This document shows positions 28,621 to 41,800 of a stretch of 64,000 bases of DNA, in pieces. The notes beneath the pieces were generated by a model, which was not told the DNA's origin, did no database searches, and was given only the letters and a program-made list of their open reading frames with translations. Position 1 is the first letter of the stretch, and each line of letters opens with the position of its first letter. The stretch lies in NCBI GenBank assembly GCA_012295275.1, contig CM022673.1:12896001-12960000 (forward strand), in the 5' to 3' direction. The position numbers and the translations under genes are program-made. The stretch comes from Chrysomallon squamiferum (Eukaryota > Animalia > Mollusca).

Positions 28621-29666
28621 CTGATGTAACTCTAAGAGAAAAAACCTGATCTACTTTTACTGACAGTAAGAGTTATTTTGTTATTCATTGTTTTGTTTAT
28701 ATTTACTGATATCTTTATTATTATTATATTAGAGAAGAAACCTGCTTACACTACTTCATGGGATTTTTTTTTTTAACAATCCACAGCAAGATATCTTTTA
28801 TATACAATTTCCACTACTTTAAATATTTAATGATATCTTAGTTATTATTTTGTAATAATGTAGAATTAGATAAGAAATATAATAATACCATGAACTTTTG
28901 TTTTAAAAATCCACAGCTAGGCATTTGTTTATGTAAATCTTCTTTTATCCAAAACATTTTCTTTTAAACACCTTTCTCATTCTCTGTGTATAAAAAAACC
29001 TGTTAAAAAAAAAAAAAATGTTAAAAAAAAGAGGTTTTTTCTTGATTTATTTTACTCTGATACTAATTATAGTTACTGTTTGCCAGTTTTCTTTAATTAA
29101 ATTCACTGTCAGGAACAGGTCCGTTAAATTTAGTTAATGTCTTTTTTTATTTTTTTAAATATCTGCTTATGGACTATCTCCTTTATCAGGCAAAGCTAAC
29201 TGTATGTGATATACTTTTAATTAAGATTAATTTTGGCAGTTAAGCCTTGCAATAATGTACATGACTGTGTGTACGTGCTATTTTTAGAGGAATCATGCTG
29301 TATTTCAATTAAAATTAATTTCAACTGTTAAAACTTCAAACAGTTTTCCCTCGAGTTAAAGCTAATTGCATATCAAAAGGTTTTAATAAAAATTAATTTT
29401 GACAAGTTTAATTTTTAGAATATTTATGGTGTATTTTTACCTGCCGTCAAAAGTAATTGCATTCAAAATAGTTTTGAGCAAAATTTATTTCTTTGAGTGT
29501 GTATTTTATGAATTATTTTAATGGTTTACAGAAATAAATCACATGGCCTAGGATCAAGCTCATTATTCAACCTCATATTTTATCCTTTTTTTTTAATGTA
29601 TTGCATAGTACATTTTAAATTTATGGTTATATAACATTGTAAATGTGTTAAGAATTATAGAGATAA

Positions 29667-29703
<37 letters not shown>

Positions 29704-30674
29704 AAACAAAAACAAAAACAAACCAGAGAAAAACCAGAGCACAGATGATATTTAATATGCACCTTCTCACAGACAGGAAAGGACAATCTCAGATAAACTA
29801 TTTTGTGAGGGACGTAGAAGTTGGAATGGGAAATAACAGTGTGTATGCTCGGAAAATTTGATCATGTGACTCATTCATCATTGTTAAATCTGCGACATTC
29901 TGGACTTTAAACCTGTTTGTGATGTTTGACTAAAATGTAAATAAATAATACTCCCAGGAAGTAGCAATTTGAGAAGAATTTTTTGTGGGAACATGCTTCC
30001 TCTGTGTATGTATTGTCTTGTTTCCTTTTCCCTCTTTAGATACTGTTTCCAACAATGCAGTCACATTTTAAGCAGTTAACAAAATTATTAAATAGTAAAA
30101 AGAAATTCTTAAAAGGATGAACACAAAACCAAAAAACAAATTACAAAAAAACCACCAAACATATCCATCAGTAAATACACATTTCAAGCAGTTAATAAAA
30201 ATTATTTAGTACCTCAAAAATAAACTCTTAAAGGATGAATGTTAAAAAAAAGAAGAAATAAAATATGTGTATATCAATAAAAAAACATTTTATTTCAAAG
30301 AAAATAGTTGATTATTTTGCATGTTACTTAGGTTACTAAGACTCATCAGTAAAACATTATTAAAAGAACCAACTCTTAAAAAGATGAATGCTAAATAAAA
30401 ACAAACAAGAAATAAAAAATAATTTTAGGACATGTACATCAAAAAAGTCTGGTACATTTAAAAAATTTAATACTTAAAAAGCAAATATTAAGTCTTAAAA
30501 AGAAAACAAACAAATTAGAAAAACAAAGCCATGAATATATCAAAAAACAAACAATAACATTTACATTTTGACAACTTAATATAAATAATAAAACAGAATA
30601 CACAAATGAATACATCAGCAAACATAGGTGATACATTTTAACAAGTTAAATAAATAAATAATAAATACAAAATA

Positions 30675-31485
30675 GTGACAGACAGACAGAGAGACACATC
30701 AACAAACAGGTATTTTTACTAAGTGTACAAATGAAGACAGACAACTGATTCAACTGATGGACATATGAATGAATACATCAACAAAGAAATAGATGTGATG
30801 TTGTTAATTGGTAGAGTGAATTGTTGTGTGAATTTTATACTAGATATAAATAGAGAAAAACAGGTGAACAGACAACACATCAACACACATAAATGAGTGG
30901 TACCTGTTAATTAGTAAACAAGTATCTTGAGTTGTGTGAATGTTGTACATGATAGTAATAAAAACAGACAGACGAACATACCAATACATCAACAAACACA
31001 GACAAACACATCTACAAATAGATGGACAGACAGACAACACAACATATCAACATACATACATGTGTGGTACTGTTAATTAGTAAACAAGTGTTTTATGTTG
31101 TGTGAATATTATACAAAACACTAATAAAGACAGATAAACATACCAATACATCAACAAACACAGACAAACACATCTACAAATAGGTGGACAGACAGACAAC
31201 ACAACACATCAACATACATAAATTTGTGTTGTTCTGTTAATTAGTAAACAAGTGTTTTATGTTGTGTGAATATTATACAAAACAGACAAACAGACCAACA
31301 CATCAACAAACATACATGTGGGGTACTGTTAATTAGTAATCAAGTGGGTTTTTTTTATGTTGTGCGAATATTAAACAAGACACAAATAAAAACAGACAGA
31401 CAAACACATCAACAAAAAGACTTACAGACAGCGCACACACAGGTGTGGTATTGTTAATTAGTAAACAAGTGTTTTATGTTATGCA
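30675..31485. repeat. Composite tandem repeat, units ~100-170 bp
   Basis: Recurring ACATCAACAAACACAGAC and GTGGTACTGTTAATTAGTAAACAAGTGTTTTATGTTGTGTGAAT. Confidence 0.85.
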
Positions 31486-31694
31486 CAAGACACTGATATA
31501 TTCTGACAGAGTGTGTGTGTTTTGACACTATCCTGTTTTCAATCTAACATTGCGTGAACCCTGGAGCATGCCAGCTTCACGGCAGTTGTGGAAATAAATC
31601 AGAAGCAAGTAAGAAACTCAACTACATGTGTATAGATACAGTTACACACAAACCCCTAGAGAACTCAGAGCAAATGGGCTGCTGTCAAACCACT

Positions 31695-32395
31695 GTAATT
31701 TGAGTAACGTTCAAAATAAAAACTTTTTTTGTTTTACGTTGTTTATCACGTAATGCAAAGGAAAATAAGAGAGATTGAAATGGATGGATTGACATATTGA
31801 GAAAATACTATTTACCAAATGTTTGTAACTTGAGTAATGTATAAAATAAAATTTTAAAAATTTCAGTTCTAAATAAAGTAAAATGATGGAAAGGAAAATA
31901 AGAGAGCTTGAAATAAATGGATTGGATGTTGAGAAAACAGTATCTACCAAATGTCTGTAACTTGAGTAATGTTCAAGAAAATAAAAATATTTGTTCAGTT
32001 GTTTATAAAGTGAGGCAAATTAAAACACAGAAGATTCAAATGGCTGAATTTAGCACCACAGATACTCTTTACCACATTATAGAAAATTGATGTTTTTTCA
32101 GTTGTTTGAAAAATGCAAAGTAGTAAAATAAGGATGATTGTCATGAATGGACTAATAGACAGAAGTATGGATGGACAGATTGAATACTAAACAAATATGT
32201 CTGCTTCCAAATCTTTCTAATTTAAGTAACATTCAAAATAAAGATGTTTTTTCAGTTGTAGACAGAATTTTTTGAAGTAAAACAAACAATGGTGAAAGGA
32301 TGGATGGACTTGTGGTTGGAATACCATGCAAATATTCTTCTTCTGAGTCTTAGTAACCTAAGTAACATGCAAAATAATCAACTATTTTCTTTGAA
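31695..32395. repeat. ~130-bp degenerate tandem repeat
   Basis: Recurring TGTAACTTGAGTAA(C/T)GTTCAAAATAAA...AAATGGAT(G/T)GA...TTGAGAAAA. Confidence 0.65.
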
Positions 32396-35067
32396 ACAAA
32401 ATATAAACAGATGCATGGGTGATCTTCAGTTTCTTTTACAGCATCAGGAACTGTTTAAGTTTGCTTGTTGTGGTCATAGCATCTGACTTGTGCCTCAAAG
32501 GTCTTTCATGGCATGACAGGAATTCACAGCAGCCATCATAAGATATTTAATACCTCCAGTTGTTTTAATTAAGTTTGAAACCCTACACAACTTAACTTGC
32601 TGAACCAGGAGATTTAAGAAATTGCAAAGAAAAAGAAAAAAAAAAAAAAAAAAAAAAAAAAAGAAATGTAACCGCCTAACTAGTTTTTTCTCAGCAGACA
32701 CCCAGAATGCAACACAACTACTCAGAAAGGATCAGCTCCACTCTTTGGGGTGATAAGAACAGATTAAGTTCATGCTGGGGGAGAACTCTTCAAAGAAGGT
32801 AGCTAATCCTGTAGAAGGTGTTTTAAGCTGTGAGAGTGAAAGATTTGTCATGTGAGAGTTTATGCTTTCACTGGCTGCCAGTAAATCCTTGTTTGGTGTC
32901 CAGCAAACGTCCACAGGATTAACACATACGTTTGATCTTTTAAAATATTTTGAAACAAACTGTTTTAATTTTTCTAAATGGATTAAAGAAAATTAGCTAG
33001 AATTTGCAGATATTAACTATTATTGTTATTATCATTATAAGTTGTGATGGTATAAGAAGTAATATTAATAGCAGTAATAGTAATAATTGTAATAATATCA
33101 AGCAGTAATACTGTAAATATTTTATTTTCATTATTATTGTCATTGTCATTGTTATTGTTATTGTTATTGTTACTGTTACTGTTGTTATTATTATTATTAT
33201 TATTACTATTTTATCATACAGAGTAATAGCAACTAGTAATACTTTATTTTTATTTAATTTGGTTTAAAAGAGAAGTATTAGTAGTAGTAATTACAATAAC
33301 AGTAACAGTAGTACTTAAATTTAATTTTTTTCTTACTGCATATCATGGAAAAATTTAACTGGTTGCTTAGAAGATTGAATATCATCATATTTATTTTTAT
33401 TTACTTATTTTTTATTTTTAAAAATTTTTTATTTATTGTTATTATTTGATTTCTAATGGACTTTCCATTTTCTGCATTATTTTAGCATTGAATGTTTTAA
33501 AATAGAAATAATGAAATTTAAAACAACTTTTATTACTTTATACACTCTGACAATCAATTCCAGTTTGTCATCTTTTATTTACTTCAACAAAGAGGTACAT
33601 TAATGTCAGCTACGTTTGGTCTTAATATTTAAAAAGCTGTTTTTAATATGTCTTTATACATAATGACAGATAATTTTTTTCACCTTTACACTGCAGAGCT
33701 ATTTTAACAGCCTTCCTTAATGTGTATCATTTACATTCTTTCGTGATAGGAAGAGATTATACAGAAATTCAGTGAAGCAAAGCAGCTTAATTCAACCACT
33801 TAGAGATAATTGTAATTGAAATATTATGATTTTTTTTTCCAAAAAGATTGAAATGAAAGATAAAAATACAAGTTTAGAAAATAACATAATTTTGCTTGAG
33901 GCTTTCATGTTGAAAATTTAAACATATCAAATGTCGTAACCTTAGATGAAGATTTGTTATTTTTGTTAAGTTGATGTTTTTTTTTTTTTTTTTAAAGTGA
34001 ACTGGTTGTAAGCTTGAAGATAAGATCATGTTGTTTTTTTCTTCATCTTTTATGTTTGTAATCTTTCTGAGAGAAAAAAGAATGAACAGATTTTGTGTTT
34101 TTATTTACTTATTAATTTATTAATTTATTACTGTTGTTATTATTATTATTATATTATTATTATATTATTATTACATTCTTATTATTATTATTATTATTAC
34201 ATTAATATTATTATTATTATATTTATTATTATTAGTAGTAGTAGTAGTAGTAATAGTTGTAGCATTAGTATCAGTAATAATTATAGTGGTAGGAATAATA
34301 GTAGCAATGATGGTAATAATAGCAATAAAAGCAGTGGTAGTAAAGTAGTAGTAGTACTAGGAACATTAGCAACAGTAATAACATTGTGTTATTATTATTA
34401 TTATTATAAAAAAGATAACAAATAATAATAATAATAAAATGGCAGCAGTCTAGGTTCACCTCAAACTTTTATCTATGTTTTGACATAGACAGGAAAACAC
34501 ATACCACAATTTTTCATAGACCATTAGTAAGACCCTGTTTGGATTGGGAATTAGTTTTAATTTGAGCACATAGGAGAACTGATATTTCAGTTTATCCCAC
34601 AATAATAAAAAATCTCATTTAACCTATCAAGCTGTCTGCAGTCAGAATGATAGAAATTATTTTCATGGCAAAAGATCATCCATAAACACCATAACAGATA
34701 AAAATGAATAAATATTTCAGCACCATTTCCTAATTCACAGTAGCGAACACTTCAGTTTTATTCTTTATGTGTTTACACACGCCCTCTATTTTTTTTACTT
34801 TTGAGTTTTATTATTTTGTGTTTTATTGAAGCTGGGCTGGAGACAGATTTTCAGTTATTCAGAATCAGACGTGTGAAATCCTGCAATGAGGTGGAAACTG
34901 TGGGTAACACGAGCATGTCCTCATAATAAAAGTAACATCTCTCAGTGGGGTGGGATGTTGAGAGGATGCTTCCTTTGTCAGTTAAAGAGTTAAGTACCTG
35001 TAAATTTTGTACAGTCTTTAGTTAAAGTTTCACTTCACTTCTCACTAAAAATATGTTCTTTGTGGTT

Positions 35068-35104
<37 letters not shown>

Positions 35105-38100
35105 GTATTCAGTAAATAACTGGAGACTAATCTTTGATGATTATAAAGTATGGCAAGTTTCTGGTGAATACCGGAGGCTGTAATTAATTTGTTTTCACTT
35201 GCGTTTATGATATTATTGTGACTTACTCAGAAATGTAAAATAAATTAATTAATTAAATAATATGATAAATGGAAAATCATTACAACTAAGATATAATAAT
35301 AATAATAATAGTTATAATAATAATAATAAAGATAAAAAGAAATAAATAAGTAATATAAAATAAAATTTTAAAAATTAAATTGTAATAATTAAAAAAAATA
35401 AACAAGGCAGCTGAAGGGAAAAATGTAACCTGTAAATAATTTAATTACTCCAACTGGTTTACATTCATCAGCAGTGGTGAAGTAATAAGTTATTTATGAC
35501 AAAATTAGTTAATGAGAATTAAGTCATCAAGATACAAAACACATAATAAAAAATTACGATTGAAAAAAGCCATTAAAAAAAAAAAAAAGAATAATATTAT
35601 GAAATTAATTCAAGGTTTAATTAGAATTTTCTTTAAAAAATTTAAAACAAAAACAGTCAAATAATTATAATTAAAATTTTAAATATTCAAACTCCCTAGT
35701 AAAAATACATATATGTGGATAAGTTAAAACTATGTATGTATCTTAGTAACTACCATATGTTAACAATTAGATTTGTGCATTATATATATCTTCTAATCTA
35801 CACTTTATGTGGATGTAACAACTTGTAGCATCAGAATCTAACTGTACATGGCAGCTCATCAGAAAAACGCTTTGATTAGTTTCAGACAAAGAAACAAAAA
35901 CAAAATGGTAAAAGAGAAAATTGAAATCATTATTTATTTACTAACAAAGAATTACATTTTCCCTTAATGCTGTTCATAAATGTTAACAACAGTTTTCCTG
36001 TTTAGCTGTGTGACACAAACTGTGAACTAAATGTTACATAACAACACATCTGAGAAACAAAATAACATGGACAAAAGAAAAAAACACAAAAAAAAAAAAA
36101 AAAAAAAATTAAAAATCCAGAAAAGAAATCAGTTATTACTTTAAAAAAAAAAAAAAATATATATATATAAAAATAACAACAACAACAACAAAATTAATAA
36201 TAATAATATAAAAAAATAAACTTGTGGAGGTAGGTGTATACGTTTATTTTCTGTCTATTTTTTAAGTTTTCAAAAATCAGTTGTTAAAGGCAGTAATAAC
36301 CAGCATATAAAACTACTTTATTATCGCTGTCTAAAGTACATATACCTTTTATCTCTCTTTATCTGTCTACCAACGATCTGTCTATACATCAACATTAAAG
36401 AGTAAATCATTATATATGTATCATACATGATCTAAAGTGCATATGTTTGTTTATGGGTGTAAGTCTGTATGATGTTGTATGTTGTATGTATATGTGTTTG
36501 ATAGTTTCAGTATATGTGTGACAGTGTAATGTAATTTTAGCCATTTATATGGTGTCTTATTTATTTGTTATATGTATGTGTGCATGTGGGCATGTGGGGG
36601 TGGTGTGTGTTTGTGTGTGTCTGTGTGAGTTAGTGTGTTTGTATGATATTTTATATCAAAATCATCTTGAAATCAGACAAGACTTTACATGATAATACTC
36701 AACAAGAAAAACAAATTTTCCTATACTCAGCTAACACAGATAAAATGTTATCAGTTGTCTGTTGATAAGTTAAAAGCTACTCATCGATTTTCCTGTACTC
36801 AATCAAACTGGTGTCAGAGACGGTTAATCCAGCCACAATAAACAAGTGAACTTGCAAATCTCGCCTGGCAAATCTGTCTTCATTTGTTTGTAGATCTCTT
36901 TAGAGGTGATATATCACACTTGGGCTGTAGGGGCCAGACCCTCAATATCTCTGATGTTCCTCACAGGACTGGAATGTTTGTTAACACATTGAGAATGTTT
37001 GATCAGAGAAATGGCATATTAGTTTATGGTAATACAGTTTACTTACATGATAATAAAGTAGGGTTTTTTTTAACACTATAATACAGATTATTTAGACGAT
37101 GCTACATTATATTACAGTTATAAAGTTTAAGCCATATTTTTCAACACCACAGGTAGAGGGAGTATATCTTGGTATCAGTTCATTCCTCTGTTCTCTGTCA
37201 GAAAGCATGCTTCACAACAGCTCGCTCTGATTAGCACCTTACATTTTTCCCAGTTCCCTGTTCCTGTGTTGATTATGGCAGATACATTTTATTTTCATCA
37301 GGATGTACTAGTATAAGTATCTCAGTTTGTTCACTGAAGAATACCAGGCTAATTTCTGCATTTTACCAAATTTCCATTAAAAAAACAAAATAGAAGCTTA
37401 CTGAATAGAGAGGTTATTGAAGTGTTAGAATACCAACATTTTTCATTGCTTAATACAACTGAAAAAATACAGACATGAGTAGTTCAGACATTTTCATTAC
37501 AGAACAAAAAATACAGACCTTCTACAGCTAGTAATATGATTTACCTTTCAATACCTGTTTTAAGAATCTAAACAGACATTTTTGTTTCAACATACATAGA
37601 CTTCTTTGTTGTGGTTATAATTAACAACATTCGGCAAAATTTTTGTCTGTCAGTTGATTTCCTTGTTACCTGAAAATGATTATTATACCAGTATGTCTGT
37701 TTATCACAGTTACTGATGAAAATGTCTGTGTGTACACTTTGATGGTTGTTTTATTTTGTCACTGTATGCCTGGTGTACATTCATAGAACAGCTGCAGAAC
37801 TGTTTACAAGAAATTACACAAAGTAATGACATATCTGTGAAATGTTTATCTGTTACCTGTAATAAATTGTCAAGCAGGATAACATATTCCAAATGTTATT
37901 TTAATTAACAATATCTGGCACATACAAATATGATTTTGTAATAACTGTGTGTTAATATTGTTACCTGATGAATATTTATCTGTTTATTATATTTCTTTAC
38001 AACTATAAATATCAACAGATGCTCTAGTAATGATTATTACATGTGTTATTTGTCAGATGTTCATGTTTGTCAGTGACTTAATGGATATTTGATAATTATC

Positions 38101-38699
38101 AGATTTTTCAGTTATGATTATTACTCGTATTAGTTCTCAGATTTTTGTAACAAGGTAAAGTTCTGTCAATTTGTCACTACGTCTACTTCACGCTAAAAGA
38201 AATGGAGCCCATGAATAGAACAGCCCAGATTAAAATCTTCAGTAAAAACACCAATTAGATCAGGAAATAGCAAAATGGAGGATTTGATTTGTGAAACGTA
38301 TCTTGCCTGGAGCAATAAATATGTTAGTTACAAAAACCCCAGACAAATTGATTTAAAAACCAGTAATGAATGCTTCCATTAATTCTTGACAGAAGTAAAA
38401 CAAAACATTTACTATGGCTAAGACAAAAATCAATAGAACACCCATCCACCCACCCACCCTACAAAACCCACCACTTCAGTGAGGAATTGCAGCTGGATAG
38501 TTCGTCTTTGTGATTAGATTCCTAAACATGCTGAAAATGTTTTGCTAATTTAGCACTGCATACCACACTGGTGGTACAAGACTTGTACATTACTTCTGGT
38601 ACTGGCTTCTACTCAACTTAATTTGAATGATTTATGACCACCGTACCATCTTTTCTATCACATTCTCTCATACATTAATTATATTCTTGGTTAGAGATC

Positions 38700-39085
38700 A
38701 GAGGCTGTTATAAGAGGTATACCAAAAATGTGACACACTTCTCAAATTGTGCCCTGATAAAAGTGAAATTGCAGCACAACAACAACAGTAACAAAGTTGA
38801 TTCATTCCAGTCACCAGAAACTGCTACTACTTTAGATACAGGAAACCCAAATTTGACATGGTTCGCACATTTATCCTGACCACATTTGTACATTCAAAGT
38901 AAATCCAAAGCATGACAACTACACTGATTTATTTCAGTCACCAAAGATCACCATTATAAGAGGCTTTCAGATATAAGAAACCCAAATGTGATATGGTTCA
39001 CAGATTTATCATGACCACATTATATGTTTAAAGTCGAAGCATGACAACAACAACTACATTGATTCATTCCAGCACCAAAGACTAT
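38700..39085. repeat. ~130-bp tandem duplication (2-3 copies)
   Basis: GATTCATTCCAGTCACCA...GAAACCCAAAT(T/G)TGA.ATGGTTC...GACCACATT...AAGCATGACAAC repeated. Confidence 0.8.
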
Positions 39086-39414
39086 TGCTACGTTGCTGAG
39101 TGTTTGCTCATGGATCAGGAGATATACAGATCACACAGGCTGTCTGTGTACAGGATCTCTCATCTACCAAGTTCTCAGCCTTGATCTTTCGTCTCCTATC
39201 AGACTGAGAAAGGTGGGAAAAGACACACAGTTACCTGTAAAAAGTAAACACTCCAAGTGTGAGATGCACCAATCAACTTCTATTTACTCTGCTCATATCG
39301 ACAGAGATTCAATGACACACAAAAGCCAGACGTTTGATGATTAGTGTTGTTTTTATTGTCAGTCGAGAAGTTTATTTCGATGATGTTGTTTGTAGCTGTC
39401 AGCAGGTAAGGAGA

Positions 39415-39925
39415 AAAATGTCTTGAATTAATTTAAATTATATATATGTACATATTTTACTGTGGAAACTGATTTTAAATATTATTTTAGAAACAGTAGT
39501 TAGTATATTGTTCTGTTAGAAATTATGATTCAGATTTTTTAAAACTTAATTTAAAAATTGTAGCATATTTAAGATATGTCTTAAATTAATTTAAAATAAG
39601 TTTTTACTTTTTTTATTTCTTTATTTACCTTGATATAAATTGTGCAAATCAATGATTTTAAACAAAAAAAATCTGATTTAAATATATATTTGTTTTTGTT
39701 GTGAAAACTGGAATTAAAAATTATAGCATATATGAAATATGTCTTAAATTAATATAATTTTTTTTTTTTTTTCACTTTGGTCTAAATTGTGCAAATCATT
39801 GATTTTTAAAAGCAGTAATTTCTGTATTTTTTTATTAGATATTCTGATTTATATGGATTTTTTTTAATTATTAGATTGTTAAAAACTGAATTAAAAATGA
39901 TACAATATTTAATTTAAGATTATAT
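39415..39925. repeat. ~165-bp degenerate AT-rich tandem repeat
   Basis: ATATGTCTTAAATTAAT and TAAATTGTGCAAATCA.TGATTTT recur. Confidence 0.65.
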
Positions 39926-41674
39926 TTAGAATAATAAGATTTCGTCTTTTGTCACAGCTGGTTATTGATAGTTGATTGTGTCTGTGGGGACAGTATAAAA
40001 CAACTGATCTGTATAACTGAAGTTAAAGTTTGAAGATAGAGTTTTATAAAACATGGTGGATATTATTTATAACAAAAACAATTTTCTTATCGATACATTT
40101 TCTCTCATTTAAGTGCATGCAATAAACACACACACATTCTCTCTCTTTCTTATTCACACACACATGCTTTCATACTCGCTCTTGTATGTACACACACACA
40201 CACGCCACTTTTTCTTTCTCTCTCTCTCTCTCCCACACATATACACACAGAGAGATTCATAAACACTTGAACATACAGACAGACACACAGGCCATTTCCG
40301 CAGTAGGTACTAAGATAATTGTTTTCCAGACACACTGCACATGCATTCTGTTAGCTTTGTGTTTACCCAGCAGACAGACACTCCTTTTTCAAGTTTCATT
40401 TATGTGGATTTAATGCTGAAAAAAAAATCCAGCCAGCCTGGGAGTTAATACTTGCACCTTACACCTGTGTGTTTGCCCTGAAGAAATGTAACACTGCAGT
40501 GCTGTGTACAATTTAGTTTGTTCAAGCTGACAGTACAGGATTAGTAGCAGCCACTGCACAGTCGTTTCTTTGTGAATAAAGTGTAGACCAGCAGGCTTGT
40601 AGTAGGTCTAACTGTACACCATTTTTAACTGCATAATCTGTCAGCTCTTTGTGTTACTAGGTGACAAAATTTGTTAACTGACTTTACTAAAAAATGTACA
40701 ATATATTATCATCATCAACATACATTATAAAAAAAGTCAGGTTTTTAAATTAATGTCATTGAATATTGCTGGAATAATATTTCTATATATATATATATTA
40801 TTATTTTTTATTTTTTTATTTTATTTTTGAATTCCCAGTACAAGATTGTTTTGTTTTGTTTCTTTTTATTGCTGAATTTTATGGTTCGAAATACATTCTG
40901 TACAATTCATTTTTCTTAGGCCAAAAAAGAAATGAATAATGAATTTATTTGTAAGATTAAACAGTTTTTTTAGGAAAGGTTAAACAAAAAAGAAAACAAC
41001 TAATGGCAGAAAAGCATAAGAAACATGAATGATGTTTTCAATGGACCTAGTTAATTTATTCTAACATAATTACAATGGTGTCTGTGTATATGAATATAAA
41101 ACAAATAGAAGAATTTTAATCACTGTAGCAGGCTGCTTTCCTTTCAGTGTATCTTCTGCCTTGAGGTAGTTATGGTTAATTAAATAATAACAAACAATCT
41201 TAAACTGTTTGTGTGTATCCGTACTGAAGTGTGAAATGCCAGCATGCTCCTGTTTACCAAGACTGCAGGGGCCATGATGTTTGATATGTATACATGTACA
41301 TACTTTGATACACTCCATCAGCTCTTTCCTATAAAATGCGCTATTTGCAGAATGGTCTGTAACACAACACTATTAATATGGCCTGAACTTAATTAGATAA
41401 AGAATTTAAGACCACTGATGTAAAACTGCTAACATAGCCTGATCCTAGTTTTATAATACAAAAGTGCTAATATTTAATTTTGTAACATAACACAGCTAAT
41501 ATATCCTGAACTTAATTTCATAAATCAAATTATGCAACTGTTATGACTTGGTACATTTCAGTGAAGATGATTTTACATTTTCATTCTGTACACACATAGG
41601 CTGTGTTTGGTTTCAAGTCTGCTTACTGTTACCCAGACACAGAAGAGTCTGGGGGTTTTTAATGTCTATTAAAT

Positions 41675-41800
41675 AAGCTCATTGATCCAGTGTTTGACTG
41701 AAGTCTGATGGGACCAAGGTTCAATCCTCAAAGATGCACCCATTAGTCTATTTATTTTGCTTCAACTAGTGCTTATAACTTGTATTTTAAAATCTTGATA
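41675..41800 (+). mobile_element. Decayed tRNA-derived SINE head (tentative)
   Basis: B-box-like GGTTCAATCC at ~41718 followed by CCCATTAG.CTATTT...TTCAACTAGTGC, resembling from memory a gastropod SINE; not verified by search. Confidence 0.35.

Noticed and set aside
41162-41183. let-7-like TGAGGTAGT
   Set aside because: Only the first 9 nt match and no complementary star arm is visible nearby.
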